DNA from: Microcoleaceae cyanobacterium
GTDB lineage: Bacteria; Cyanobacteriota; Cyanobacteriia; Cyanobacteriales; Microcoleaceae
Assembly (NCBI GenBank): GCA_051652765.1
Contig: JBOFUV010000150.1
Location: 1 to 27,226, forward strand
Reading direction: 5' to 3'
DNA length: 27,226 bases
Part shown: positions 17,016 to 26,909 of the stretch, piece by piece
Layout: each line of letters starts with the position of its first letter
How positions within the stretch are numbered: position 1 is the first letter of the stretch
Position numbers and translations under genes: made by a program
Notes under the pieces: generated by a model
The model's input: only the letters and a program-made list of their open reading frames with translations
Databases searched by the model: none
What the model was told of the DNA's origin: nothing

Positions 17016-18278
17016 ATGGTTACAGTTTGGATGATTCACGGAATTTGGGCCATTACTGCAGTGATCTGGGTAGAGTTGACCCGAGATAGTTACCATGGGG
17101 TTGCCCACGTTTGGCAACCGCTCTATCGATGGCATATCTGGCATCATCGAGTATTTCGTCAGGATTTTACCCCCATCAGCACAGCAATTTATCGGCAAGC
17201 CCATTGGTATCACGACGTTCCAGAAGCCATTGTGATGTTGATGTCTAGTCTAGGACTATGGGCTACGGCTCATTTCTATGCTCCTGAACAGCAGGGCTAT
17301 GCGTTTGTTGGAGTCCTTTACACTCTTAGCTTTTTGCTACCTGCGCTTGGACGGGGGTTGGGGTTGCCCAAAGTTGATCATCTGACAGACTTAGCCCACT
17401 TGCCAGGAGAGTTTCTAACGCCTCCGGCTCACTGGTTTGTGAATCGCCCCTATCATTGGCGACATCATTTTGATAATCAAAACGCTTACTTCTGTGGAAC
17501 CTTCACCCTTTTCGACCAACTGATGGGAACAGCGCTTTCTCTCAAGGGTAAAACTGTTGCAGTGACTGGAGCTTCAGGAACCTTGGGGCGATCACTTCTG
17601 CTGCATCTTCACCAAGCCGGAGCCAAAGTCATTGCCCTGACCTCCAAATCCCAACCCATTTTCTTAACCCTTCAGGGAGAAGAACAGTCTGTCAAAACCG
17701 TGACTTGGAGTCTGGGTCAAGAATATCAACTTGCGAGCTTGCTCGAACAGGTCGATATTCTGGTGCTGAACCATGGAATTAATGTTCACGGAGAACGGAC
17801 TGCTGAAGCGATTGCTCAATCCTATGAAGTCAATGCTTTTTCAAGTTGGCGATTGCTGGAGTTGTTCCTCAAAACCGTTCGCACGAATAGCGACATCGCC
17901 CGGAAGGAAGTCTGGGTGAACACTTCAGAAGCGGAAGCCTGTCCTGCGTTCAGCCCCCTTTACGAACTCAGCAAACGCACCTTGGGAGATTTGGTAACCC
18001 TGCGACGGTTGGATTCGCCCTGTGTGATTCGCAAGTTAGTCCTTGGCCCCTTTAAAAGTCAACTCAACCCAATCGGTGTGATGTCATCAAATTGGGTCGC
18101 GCAGCAAATTGTCAAGCAGGCGCAGTCTGACTGGCGGAATATTATTGTGACCATCAATCCGATCACGTTCTTGGCTTTTCCCTTCAAAGAATTTTGGAGA
18201 TCTCTGTACTTTAGACTCTTCAGCCACAAGGCATCAAGTTTACCGCAGGAAACAGCTTACCAACCACAAGACAAATAA
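17016..18278 (+). CDS. Bifunctional sterol desaturase-like / short-chain dehydrogenase
   Basis: His boxes YHGVAH, HIWHH and HWRHH, then Rossmann TGASGTLG and catalytic YELSK. Confidence 0.9.
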   Translation: MVTVWMIHGIWAITAVIWVELTRDSYHGVAHVWQPLYRWHIWHHRVFRQDFTPISTAIYRQAHWYHDVPEAIVMLMSSLGLWATAHFYAPEQQGYAFVGVLYTLSFLLPALGRGLGLPKVDHLTDLAHLPGEFLTPPAHWFVNRPYHWRHHFDNQNAYFCGTFTLFDQLMGTALSLKGKTVAVTGASGTLGRSLLLHLHQAGAKVIALTSKSQPIFLTLQGEEQSVKTVTWSLGQEYQLASLLEQVDILVLNHGINVHGERTAEAIAQSYEVNAFSSWRLLELFLKTVRTNSDIARKEVWVNTSEAEACPAFSPLYELSKRTLGDLVTLRRLDSPCVIRKLVLGPFKSQLNPIGVMSSNWVAQQIVKQAQSDWRNIIVTINPITFLAFPFKEFWRSLYFRLFSHKASSLPQETAYQPQDK

Positions 18279-18845
18279 CGTCCCTAGGGTAATCAGTTGC
18301 TCTGGCCTCAACATGGCTGCCAGAGGACTGATCAACCCCCCAATGACCAATCCTAAAATTAGCCCACCAACGGTTAACAGTACGGAGCGACCAAACAGCT
18401 TTTCCTTACGATTTACAAAATACAAACTAATTCCAACTCCCAAAGCCAAAGGAATTTGCAAGAAGGAAGGGTCAGCATTCGGGTAAAAGCTCATTGCTCC
18501 AAGGCCCAAATACAGGCCCGATGGCCATAGAATATCTGCACGACTGGGTGTATCGATCATCCGCTCCAACCAAGCAGGTTTTTTACTGGCTTGAGGCTGA
18601 GTATTGCTGGCTGGGGGAGGAGTCACTCGTTCTGGAAAACGAATCCGCTCAGGGACTTTAATTTTCCCCTCTTGACGCATTCGCAACCGATCCATCAAGA
18701 TTGCATCATAGGCAGCCTCAATAGACTCTAGCCGCTTTTGCTCACCACCGTGCTCTTGTCTCAAACGATCACGAGCATCCTGAATCTCGTCGAAGGATGC
18801 ATCAAGGGTGACCCCAAGTTGTTCGTAGGGACTCTTCTCATTCAT
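18240..18845 (-). CDS. CPP1-like (chaperone-like protein of POR1) J-like membrane protein
   Basis: SPYEQLGV..ASFDEIQ.A..., IEAAYDAILMDRLRMRQEGKIKVPERIRFPE, and C-terminal TM helices. Confidence 0.9.
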   Translation of the reverse strand: MNEKSPYEQLGVTLDASFDEIQDARDRLRQEHGGEQKRLESIEAAYDAILMDRLRMRQEGKIKVPERIRFPERVTPPPASNTQPQASKKPAWLERMIDTPSRADILWPSGLYLGLGAMSFYPNADPSFLQIPLALGVGISLYFVNRKEKLFGRSVLLTVGGLILGLVIGGLISPLAAMLRPEQLITLGTLFVLWLVSCFLR

Positions 18846-19039
18846 CGCAGTTTGCTAAACCCTTCTCAATTTAAGCTTAACCTGATTTGTAGTCCAGAAG
18901 ATTGAACCCTTAGGACAGCATAGCCTGATTGAACAGGGGATACAAGCTCCAAGGTCTGAACTAAAATTAAGGATGACAATCCTACCCTCTAATGCTACGC
19001 GATTTCTTCAGGAATCGGCTAAGGAAAGATACCCTATCA

Positions 19040-19861
19040 TCAAACATTCACAATTCCAGACCATTGCACAGTTTTGGACTGATCCCGTCGATAGGAAAAG
19101 AATGAATCCGGTTCTTGATAGGTGCAATGCGGGGCGATCGCCATCTGTTCTGGGACTAATCCGAGCTGTTCCAGTTGCAAGACATTAAACCGACGGACAT
19201 CTACTCGCACCTTGTCAGGGTCTAGGTCAGTTAGAACGGGAGCATCCGGAATTTCAAAGAGCATTTCTATCAAGGTCTCCGGAGTATGGTTCTCTTGATC
19301 TCTAGAGTTACTGTCAGACAACACCGTCTCCCCGAGCTGAATCGCAACGTCTTGACCCACTTGATAAACTTCCCCAGAGATTGCAGGCCCTAAGGCAACT
19401 CGTAAATTGGCAATCTGACTGCCTTGAGCTTGAAACTGAGCGATCGCCGCCGGAACAATTTGCGCTGCTGTGCCTCGCCACCCGGCATGAACCGCAGACA
19501 CCCGGCCTGTTTCAATATCAGCAATTAGCACCGGAACACAATCTGCACTGGCGACCCAGACGGCTTCGCCCGATCGTTCTGCGAGTAATCCATCGGCTTC
19601 TAACAGTTCAGGGGGCTTGACTTGAGAATTGACTTGTGCGCTGACCCGAGAGACGGGCTCCACTTCCCTAGTGTTCAACACGCGATTCCCATGTACTTGT
19701 CTCACCCGATAAGTCAGAGCCTCAGAATCTAGGACAGACACCAACTCTGCCGGAGTCCGAGGGCTGAAGTGCCGGGTAAAAAATCCATGGGGCCAGGGTT
19801 CTAACAGACTGCAAGTTAAATAGGGCAAGTCTTGCCAATAACACCACTGCCAGGTATGCAT
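19040..19861 (-). CDS. pgeF: Peptidoglycan editing factor PgeF (YfiH / laccase-domain family)
   Basis: HGFFTR, QVHG, ADCVPVL, HAGWRG, GPAI and CT...FFSYRR motifs. Confidence 0.93.
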   Translation of the reverse strand: MHTWQWCYWQDLPYLTCSLLEPWPHGFFTRHFSPRTPAELVSVLDSEALTYRVRQVHGNRVLNTREVEPVSRVSAQVNSQVKPPELLEADGLLAERSGEAVWVASADCVPVLIADIETGRVSAVHAGWRGTAAQIVPAAIAQFQAQGSQIANLRVALGPAISGEVYQVGQDVAIQLGETVLSDSNSRDQENHTPETLIEMLFEIPDAPVLTDLDPDKVRVDVRRFNVLQLEQLGLVPEQMAIAPHCTYQEPDSFFSYRRDQSKTVQWSGIVNV

Positions 19862-19911
19862 AACATAAGCCTTTTAAAGTCTTTTGATCCTAACCCAAAC
19901 TTTCAACTCCC

Positions 19912-20805
19912 GTGATCCTGAACCAACAACGTCTTGAAGCAGCCCTGCAAATGTTACAGGCTCAAGATACCACCGAAACACTGCCTGTATTCCCACAACT
20001 GTTTGAAACTCTAGACTCCACCAATCAAACCCTGTGGCAACTGATGGAAGCGGGGGCACCTGCCGGAACCGTTGTGATCGCGGCGCAACAAACTGCAGGT
20101 CGGGGACAGTGGGGACGGCAGTGGCAATCTGAGCCAGGAGGGTTATATTTGTCCTGGGCGATCGCTCCCAACTTGCCAACATTCAACCCGGCTCAACTGA
20201 CGATGTGCAGTGCTTGGGGGATTGCAACGGTGTTGGGCGATCGCCAAATTCCAATCAAACTTAAATGGCCCAATGATTTGATCCTGAGGGGCCGAAAATT
20301 GGGGGGGATTTTGACCGAAACCCGAGTTCGCCAGGGTGAGATTGTTCAGGCGGTTGTGGGAGTGGGGCTGAACTGGAGCAATCCTGTTCCTGAGAGTGGT
20401 ATTAATTTGCAGACTTTTTTGGCCTACTGTCCTGATCCAGCCACAATTCAATCCCTGGAACTGGTGGCCGCTATTGTCATTCAGGGATTGAACCGAGGTT
20501 GGCAAACCCTTTCTCAATTAGGAATTGAGGAGATTCTACCCAGCTACTCGAAACTTTTGGGCTGTCGAGGTCGCCGGGTCAAAATTGCCAGCGGAGTGGG
20601 AACGATTGTAGGAATTACCCCGAGGGGAGACCTTTGCGTTCAGCTAGAGTCAAGTTCAACACCTGATGCAAGTTCAGATGCAACTTCTTCAGATCCAACT
20701 TCAGATTTTGGGAGGCTGGATTTTGTTAAAAAAGTTTACCTCAAGCCCGGTACAATAAGTCTGGGTTACAGTCAGACCGATAGGGGACAGCAGTTGAACT
20801 CCTAG
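19912..20805 (+). CDS. birA: Biotin--[acetyl-CoA-carboxylase] ligase
   Basis: DSTN, QTAGRGQWGRQW, KWPND, KLGGILTE and GVGLN motifs; no HTH domain. Confidence 0.95.
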   Translation: MILNQQRLEAALQMLQAQDTTETLPVFPQLFETLDSTNQTLWQLMEAGAPAGTVVIAAQQTAGRGQWGRQWQSEPGGLYLSWAIAPNLPTFNPAQLTMCSAWGIATVLGDRQIPIKLKWPNDLILRGRKLGGILTETRVRQGEIVQAVVGVGLNWSNPVPESGINLQTFLAYCPDPATIQSLELVAAIVIQGLNRGWQTLSQLGIEEILPSYSKLLGCRGRRVKIASGVGTIVGITPRGDLCVQLESSSTPDASSDATSSDPTSDFGRLDFVKKVYLKPGTISLGYSQTDRGQQLNS

Positions 20806-20863
20806 GGTGCAGGATGTCAGAACAGTGGTGTATTGGACACCCGTTAGCAAGTAGTGTGGATTT

Positions 20864-22471
20864 GTGAGGAATATGAAGGAATCTAAGGACTGCGGTCAAC
20901 AATCAGATCCCCTTTTGTCAGTTTATCGATTCGGGTTTTACCCCAGTCTTCACCCGTTGTGGATTTGGATGGGACGGTCTATCCCCTTTGGGTTAGGTAT
21001 TGTTACAGCGCTTCTGGCACCAGCTTCAGCCATTGAAGAGTTGTCTGTTCCGACCAATCCTGAATTTTATGATACTTCAACCCCTTACCCCTACGGTGGG
21101 GAAACAACTGATAGTGAACCTGTCGATGCCAACTCTGGCTATGGAGAGCCGACTCCAGAATCCTACATTGAGCCAGTTCCAGAGGATTTGAACTATTCTG
21201 AACCGTTGAGTGACGAAAACCAGGCCCCGATTGAATCCTACAATTCCCAGCCTTCTTATTCAGAAGAGCCTGCTGTCACAGAGGCCGTTCCCCTGGTTCC
21301 TCCTCCTACCGTTCCTTTGCCCGCTCTACTGAATGCTCCTCCTCAGGAAGAAGCTGTTCAGCCCGGTGTGCCCTTGAATGAATCCCTAGCTAGCCCCGAT
21401 CCTGCCAATCTGTATATTGACCCAACAGATTACAGCATCGGCGCAACGGGCAGCTACGAATCCCCTGGATCTGTGATTTTTTCCGAGCGATCCAGTGGAT
21501 GTGAAACGGTTGTGGGTCTGGGCGAAACAGTTGCTGGACTCTGCGCCCCCAATTCTCAAGGGCTGAGGGCTGGGAATGGCCTAATTTATCCAGTTGGAAC
21601 CAACGTCCCTGGACAACCCCCCACCTTGGTTTACGATGTGAGCAACGGCCAGGTGGTTTATAACAATGCAGGTTCAAGCGTCAGTGCCGCCGAGTATTGG
21701 GCAGGGGCTTCAGGGGAATCAGGCGGAGGCTACAGCCAAATTCCAATCGCACGGCTGGGTGGTGGTGATCCAAGCGCCATGACTAGCTCTGGCATGGCGT
21801 ACTACAATCGCACAAAACGACCGCCCGCCCTTGCTGGGAATGGGGACACAAGTTTGTTGTTCCCTTTGTCAATTCCGGCACCGATTACTTCTCTGTTTGG
21901 GTGGCGGCACCATCCTGTTTTAGGGCACGGTCGCTTTCACAACGGGCTTGATTTTGGGGCAGATCCCGGAACGCCTGTCGTGGCTTCCTATTCGGGTCAA
22001 GTTTCCATCGCTGACTGGCTGGGTGGATATGGTCTGGCGGTGGTACTGGATCATGGAGCCAAGTCCCAAGAAACTCTCTATGGCCACTTGTCTGAACTGT
22101 TTGTCAAACCTGGAGAACAGGTCAAACAGGGCGAAGTCATTGGTCGGGTGGGCAGCACTGGACTTTCGACAGGCCCCCATTTGCACTTTGAGTTGAGGCG
22201 GCTAACCGATCAAGGCTGGGTGGCGATCAATCCCCAAAGTCAGATTGAGTTTGCCCTGGCCGGGTTACTGAACGTTCTGAAAGTGACGGATGTTCCGCCA
22301 GAATCCTTTATTGCAGCCCTGTCCGAGAAAATCAAAGATGCTGAAACCGGGGAACCCAAACTCCCTCCCCTGCCCCCAGGAATGGAGATTGTTGTGCCCC
22401 AGCTTGAGCCCCCAACAGTAAACTTTGGGTTCAAAGAGAATCTGGCGTTAGCACCCAAGTCTCAGGAATAA
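20864..22471 (+). CDS. M23 family metallopeptidase with a long acidic Pro-rich N-terminal region
   Basis: ITSLFGWR, HNGLD, TLYGHLS and STGPHLHFE motifs. Start uncertain (GTG 20864, ATG 20873 or later). Confidence 0.9.
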   Translation: MRNMKESKDCGQQSDPLLSVYRFGFYPSLHPLWIWMGRSIPFGLGIVTALLAPASAIEELSVPTNPEFYDTSTPYPYGGETTDSEPVDANSGYGEPTPESYIEPVPEDLNYSEPLSDENQAPIESYNSQPSYSEEPAVTEAVPLVPPPTVPLPALLNAPPQEEAVQPGVPLNESLASPDPANLYIDPTDYSIGATGSYESPGSVIFSERSSGCETVVGLGETVAGLCAPNSQGLRAGNGLIYPVGTNVPGQPPTLVYDVSNGQVVYNNAGSSVSAAEYWAGASGESGGGYSQIPIARLGGGDPSAMTSSGMAYYNRTKRPPALAGNGDTSLLFPLSIPAPITSLFGWRHHPVLGHGRFHNGLDFGADPGTPVVASYSGQVSIADWLGGYGLAVVLDHGAKSQETLYGHLSELFVKPGEQVKQGEVIGRVGSTGLSTGPHLHFELRRLTDQGWVAINPQSQIEFALAGLLNVLKVTDVPPESFIAALSEKIKDAETGEPKLPPLPPGMEIVVPQLEPPTVNFGFKENLALAPKSQE

Positions 22472-22473
22472 CG

Positions 22474-23196
22474 TCAACCAAAACCGTGCTCTGCTAAAAA
22501 TTCGGGGGTAATGTCATCAAGGGCGGCAATCGTTGGTAGGAAGTCCTCCTTGGAACCAGGATAAGCGTTGGGGTAAAAGCGGGACTGCAAAAACTTGGCA
22601 ACGTACTTGCCCAAAATATCAGCCTCCAGATTGACCCAACTGCCCGGTTGTAAGTTTCGTAAGTTGGTTGTTTCATAGGTGTGAGGGATCACGGCAACTT
22701 GAAACCAGGCTCCTGCTGGATCACAATCCGCAATCGTTAAGCTAATGCCGTTAACCGCGATGCTGCCTTTAGAAACAAGATAGGGTGCGATCTGTTGCCA
22801 CCAGAGGGCTTCCCTAGAACTCGGACAAGTAAACCGCATGTCCCAAGAACTGGCTGTTGGGAAAGAAGACTCCAGGCAACCGATCCCATCGATATGACCC
22901 GTAACAAAGTGTCCCCCTAATTTACTCCCCGCCCGCAGGGACGCTTCCAGGTTCAGCAAATAATCTCCGCCGGAGCCTAGGGTAGTTCGGCTCAGGGTTT
23001 CTGGGGAGGCTGTTGCGACAAATCCTTTTACTTTCAGTTCAGTGACTGTTAAACAGACTCCATCGACTGCAACGCTGTCCCCAATTTCCAGGTCTTGCAA
23101 AATCAATTCGGGCTGACCGGAAACACTGGTGACTTCAAACTGGTCATTGCCTATGGGTTGAACGGTACCCAATGCTTGAACTAATCCAGTAAACAT
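22474..23196 (-). CDS. ribE: Riboflavin synthase (alpha chain; called ribC in some nomenclatures)
   Basis: The canonical N-terminus MFTGLV fixes the start at 23196; GDSVAVDGVCLT, GGHFVTGHID and KGSIAVNGISLT motifs. Confidence 0.96.
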   Translation of the reverse strand: MFTGLVQALGTVQPIGNDQFEVTSVSGQPELILQDLEIGDSVAVDGVCLTVTELKVKGFVATASPETLSRTTLGSGGDYLLNLEASLRAGSKLGGHFVTGHIDGIGCLESSFPTASSWDMRFTCPSSREALWWQQIAPYLVSKGSIAVNGISLTIADCDPAGAWFQVAVIPHTYETTNLRNLQPGSWVNLEADILGKYVAKFLQSRFYPNAYPGSKEDFLPTIAALDDITPEFLAEHGFG

Positions 23197-23412
23197 GATC
23201 GATAGGTCGTATTGAGGAAGACTCAAGTTTAACTGAAGAGTTTAATGAAAACCTTGGGATCAAATGGGATTCATGGCTTTCTTCAGACAAGAATCTGAAA
23301 TCCGGTGTCGATTTGAGTAAAAATCGAGGCATACTGGAATTTAGGATGTCTTTACAGAAAGTCTTAGTTGCTCATTTGTTTACCACATTTTATCGCTATC
23401 GAGGCCGAGTCG

Positions 23413-23922
23413 ATGATTGAAATGAAAGTCGCCGGAATTGCCCTAGATGCTGCTTCACGCAGTCCCATTGTGTTGCTGAGGGATGCGGCGGAGCGGCGCG
23501 CTCTTCCTATTTTTATTGGTCAGGAGCAAGCTAAGTCCATCATTGGTGCCCTGGAAAACCAAAGACCCCCCCGGCCCTTGACTCATGATCTCTTTGTCAG
23601 CCTGCTAGAGACTTGGGAGATGGATTTAGAACGAATTGTGATTCATTCGCTCCAGGATAATACATTTTACGCAGTGCTGATCCTGCGCCATGGTGAAACT
23701 CGCAAAGAAATTGATGCCCGCCCCAGTGATGCGATCGCCCTTGCCCTCAGAACAGATAGCCCCATTTGGGTGATGGAAGAGGTAATCATGGAAGCGTCCA
23801 TTCCAGTGAATCGGGAAGCCGATGAAGCAGAACGACAAGCCTTCCGCGAGTTTGTTGAAAACCTCAGCCCTGAGGAGCTAATTCGTCAAGCCGAATTTCG
23901 CAAAAAAGACGAAGCTCAATAG
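23413..23922 (+). CDS. Bifunctional nuclease family protein (DUF151)
   Basis: MIEMKVAGIALD, LPIFIG, RPLTHDL and DARPSDAIALA motifs; ATG at 23413 after GAGG. Confidence 0.93.
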   Translation: MIEMKVAGIALDAASRSPIVLLRDAAERRALPIFIGQEQAKSIIGALENQRPPRPLTHDLFVSLLETWEMDLERIVIHSLQDNTFYAVLILRHGETRKEIDARPSDAIALALRTDSPIWVMEEVIMEASIPVNREADEAERQAFREFVENLSPEELIRQAEFRKKDEAQ

Positions 23923-23927
23923 ACCCT

Positions 23928-25049
23928 ATGCGCTATCGGCGGTTTGGTAAAACTGGCTTGCCCTTATCTGTGTTTTCCTTAGGAACAATGCGTTATCTCG
24001 CTTCAGAGGAAAACGCAGTTCAGACGATACATCAAGCCATTTCCCAAAGCATTAATCATCTAGAAACGGCTAGAGGCTATGGGAGCAGTGAAATTTATCT
24101 GGGCAAAGCACTGCAATCAGGTCTATCTGTTCCTCGTTCAGCTCTCTATATCACCTCAAAGCTTTCCCCAAATTCTGACCCCGATTCTATAGAACGCCAA
24201 ATTGACGAGTCTCTGAAACGCTTAAAGCTAGACTACCTAGATTGTTTGGCTCTGCACGGTATCAATACGGAAGCACAGTTGCAAAATGCCTTGGCCGGGA
24301 GACCTGGGATTGAACGGGCATTACAGGATGGTCGAGTCAGACATTTAGGATTTTCAACCCATGGGTCTCTAGACTTGATTTTGAGGGCGATTCAAACAGG
24401 GGAGTTTGAATTTATTAACCTGCATTACTACTATTTTTTCCAACGCAATGCCCCAGCGATTGCCCTTGCCCATGCTCAGGATATGGGAATCTTTATCATT
24501 TCCCCAGGAGATAAGGGGGGCCAACTGTATGCCCCGCCCCCAAAATTAGACCATTTGTGTCAACCATTTTCACCCCTAGAACTGAACTATCGATTTTTGT
24601 TGAGCGATCGCCGAATTACCACCTTGAGCTTGGGGGCCGCCACCCCTCAAGAGTTAGAACAGCCCTTACAAGTTGCGGATCGGGATGGTGCATTAACCGC
24701 TGAAGAACAGGCTGTGTTTCAACGGTTAGCCATCACTCAAGCTGAGATATTGGCTGCAACTCAGTGCAGTCAGTGTTATGCCTGCTTGCCCTGTCCAGAG
24801 GCAATTCATATTCCCGAAGTATTGCGCCTGAGGAATTTGGCCGTTGCTTACAATATGGTTGAGTTTGGCAAGTATCGCTACCAAATGTTTGAGAATGCAG
24901 GTCACTGGTTCCCCGGTCGCAAAGCCAATCATTGTACAGATTGTGGGGACTGTTTGCCCCGATGTCCAGAACAGTTGGATATCCCCGCGTTACTCAGGAA
25001 AACCCACGAACAGTTGCAGGGAAAGTCTGGGCGGCGCTTGTGGGAATAA
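23928..25049 (+). CDS. Aldo/keto reductase with C-terminal 4Fe-4S dicluster domain
   Basis: MRYRRFGKTG, ETARGYG, GFSTHG, CSQCYACLPCP and CTDCGDCLPRCP. Starts 5 nt after the nuclease gene, suggesting an operon. Confidence 0.93.
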   Translation: MRYRRFGKTGLPLSVFSLGTMRYLASEENAVQTIHQAISQSINHLETARGYGSSEIYLGKALQSGLSVPRSALYITSKLSPNSDPDSIERQIDESLKRLKLDYLDCLALHGINTEAQLQNALAGRPGIERALQDGRVRHLGFSTHGSLDLILRAIQTGEFEFINLHYYYFFQRNAPAIALAHAQDMGIFIISPGDKGGQLYAPPPKLDHLCQPFSPLELNYRFLLSDRRITTLSLGAATPQELEQPLQVADRDGALTAEEQAVFQRLAITQAEILAATQCSQCYACLPCPEAIHIPEVLRLRNLAVAYNMVEFGKYRYQMFENAGHWFPGRKANHCTDCGDCLPRCPEQLDIPALLRKTHEQLQGKSGRRLWE

Positions 25050-25091
25050 GGGATAAAGTTGCCAGTCTTCTCTAAGCAGGAACATTCACCA

Positions 25092-25130
25092 TGGGCATCT
25101 TGCCCGCGCAGGTTAGAAACCTGCACTACA
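25092..25130. repeat. REP-like double hairpin between convergent genes, possible bidirectional terminator
   Basis: GGGCA-tct-TGCCC and GCAGGTT-aga-AACCTGC. A related copy tgggcattttgcctgc lies at 26844-26859. Confidence 0.5.
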
Positions 25131-25147
25131 AATCCTGCAATCAATGA

Positions 25148-26035
25148 TTACTGATTGCCATAGGATGTTGCTGTGAAACTTAGACTAGAGCTTGGGGCCT
25201 TTTTTGGCAAGATTGCTCCCTGGAGATTGGCTTGATCCAAGTTCGCCTGACTCAAGTTCGCCCCTTGAAGATTTGCGCCTTCGAGATTGGCTTGACTCAG
25301 GTTTGCCTTGGTCAAATTTGCCCCACTCAAATCGGCCTGATAGAGATTTGCTTTTCGCAACTGACTAAAGCGCAAATCAGCACCCATGAGATTGGCTTCT
25401 GCCAGGTTACTGCCAAACAAATAGGCTCCATTCAGGTGAGCGGCCATGAGATTTGCTTTGTACAAATCAGCTTGGTAAAGACAGGCTGAAATCAGTTCGG
25501 CTTGATACAAGTTTGCATAGTAAAGATTGGCATGGGCCAGGTTTCCCTCGGACAAGTTTGCCGCGTTGAGATTGGCTTGCTTCAGTTGAGCTGAACTTAA
25601 ATCGACTGCTTGAAGATTGGCATGACTCAGGTTGGCTCCGATTAAATTGGCATGGCTGAGATCGGCTGACTTTAAATTGGCCTGACTCAAGTTTGCAGTT
25701 AACAAATTGGCTTGACTCAAGTTTGCTGCGATTAAATTGGCTTGACTCAAACTTGCGCCCCTGAGGTTAGCCCGATGAAAGTTGGTGTTTTGTAGTTCAG
25801 CCTGATCAAGCTGAATTTGATCACAGTCCGCATCGACTAAACAAGCTCCCGCAAGCTGAATACATCTTAAGTCTGCCCGTTGCAGGTGAGCCGAGGTCAG
25901 GTTGATGCCTTGCAGACTAGACCCCCTCAGGTTCACTTCAGTTAAATTTGGTTTGATCTGAAGATTGCCAGCCCGCCACTGATTCCAACTGGCTACGCCT
26001 TGTTTCAATCGGGCCAACTGCTCAATATTCACCAT
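25148..26035 (-). CDS. Pentapeptide repeat protein
   Basis: N-terminal LKQGVASWNQWR followed by a long A[ND]Lxx repeat run. Confidence 0.95.
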   Translation of the reverse strand: MVNIEQLARLKQGVASWNQWRAGNLQIKPNLTEVNLRGSSLQGINLTSAHLQRADLRCIQLAGACLVDADCDQIQLDQAELQNTNFHRANLRGASLSQANLIAANLSQANLLTANLSQANLKSADLSHANLIGANLSHANLQAVDLSSAQLKQANLNAANLSEGNLAHANLYYANLYQAELISACLYQADLYKANLMAAHLNGAYLFGSNLAEANLMGADLRFSQLRKANLYQADLSGANLTKANLSQANLEGANLQGANLSQANLDQANLQGAILPKKAPSSSLSFTATSYGNQ

Positions 26036-26070
26036 CAGGATTCAACTCATTAAAAGTACTGCCAATAACA

Positions 26071-26709
26071 CTATTCCCGCTGGTTATCTAGTAAGTCTCG
26101 ACCTTCGACGTTTTCCATAGATTGTAAAGCTGCCCTAGAACCAGCCAGGATATCCTGCTCCTCTCCCCCCAAATAAAGCCGCCCAAAACTTCCCACCGCC
26201 TGAACTTGCAGAATATTGACCAAGGCCGCTTTCTCGGCTTCGTTTGCAGCTAGGGCTGCATAGGCTGCGGGTTCAACCTCTAAAACATAGAGGGTTTGAC
26301 CAGAGAGCAACATTTGGCCTCGACGGTTGCGGTTGATTAACTGAGCTTGATGGGGATCAATATTGCGAATAATTTGGCTAGACACCACCCTAGGCTTGCG
26401 GCGATCGCGCTCTTGCACCCCCAGAAAATCCAGGATGGCACGACCTGCCGTCAAGGTGTCCCCCTGACGGCTAGAATGAATTTCAAGTAAACCATACAGT
26501 CGTTCTACAAACAAAACCCCTGGACGAACTGCCGTCGCCTTGAGCGCCACATCCGTGATTCGATTAATTTCAATCCCAGGAGAAATTTCAATCCACAGGG
26601 AGGCATCTCCCGGCAAGGGCAAAAACCCTAGGGCCACTGTACCAATATATGCAGCATGTTGAGATTGCAGGCGATCCAGATAGACATAACTTCGCAATTC
26701 GACTCCCAA
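26071..26709 (-). CDS. ccmP: Carboxysome shell protein CcmP (tandem BMC domain)
   Basis: [57 protein letters not shown] and [10 protein letters not shown]. Confidence 0.93.
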   Translation of the reverse strand: MGVELRSYVYLDRLQSQHAAYIGTVALGFLPLPGDASLWIEISPGIEINRITDVALKATAVRPGVLFVERLYGLLEIHSSRQGDTLTAGRAILDFLGVQERDRRKPRVVSSQIIRNIDPHQAQLINRNRRGQMLLSGQTLYVLEVEPAAYAALAANEAEKAALVNILQVQAVGSFGRLYLGGEEQDILAGSRAALQSMENVEGRDLLDNQRE

Positions 26710-26909
26710 GGCCAGATCTCCACTGCTTTCGTTTCCCAGCGACTGTTTACCACAGTATCAGTTAAAGGGGTCTGTTAAACTGTCCCGGCAAAAGTTTTGT
26801 AGGCTTAAGAGAGTTTGAAATTATGATAAACCGTGTTGTCGTGTGGGCATTTTGCCTGCCCGTCAAACATTTATCCCACCTCTCAACCTTGCAGAATTAA
26901 TTACCAAGA

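Noticed and set aside
20645..20710. Ser/Asp-rich low-complexity insertion in BirA (SSTPDASSDATSSDPTSD)
   Set aside because: Likely a tolerated in-frame slippage in a loop of the C-terminal domain; no evidence of separate function.
12327..25489. Numerous short alternative-frame ORFs nested in long genes
   Set aside because: They overlap well-supported CDSs and lack recognisable motifs.
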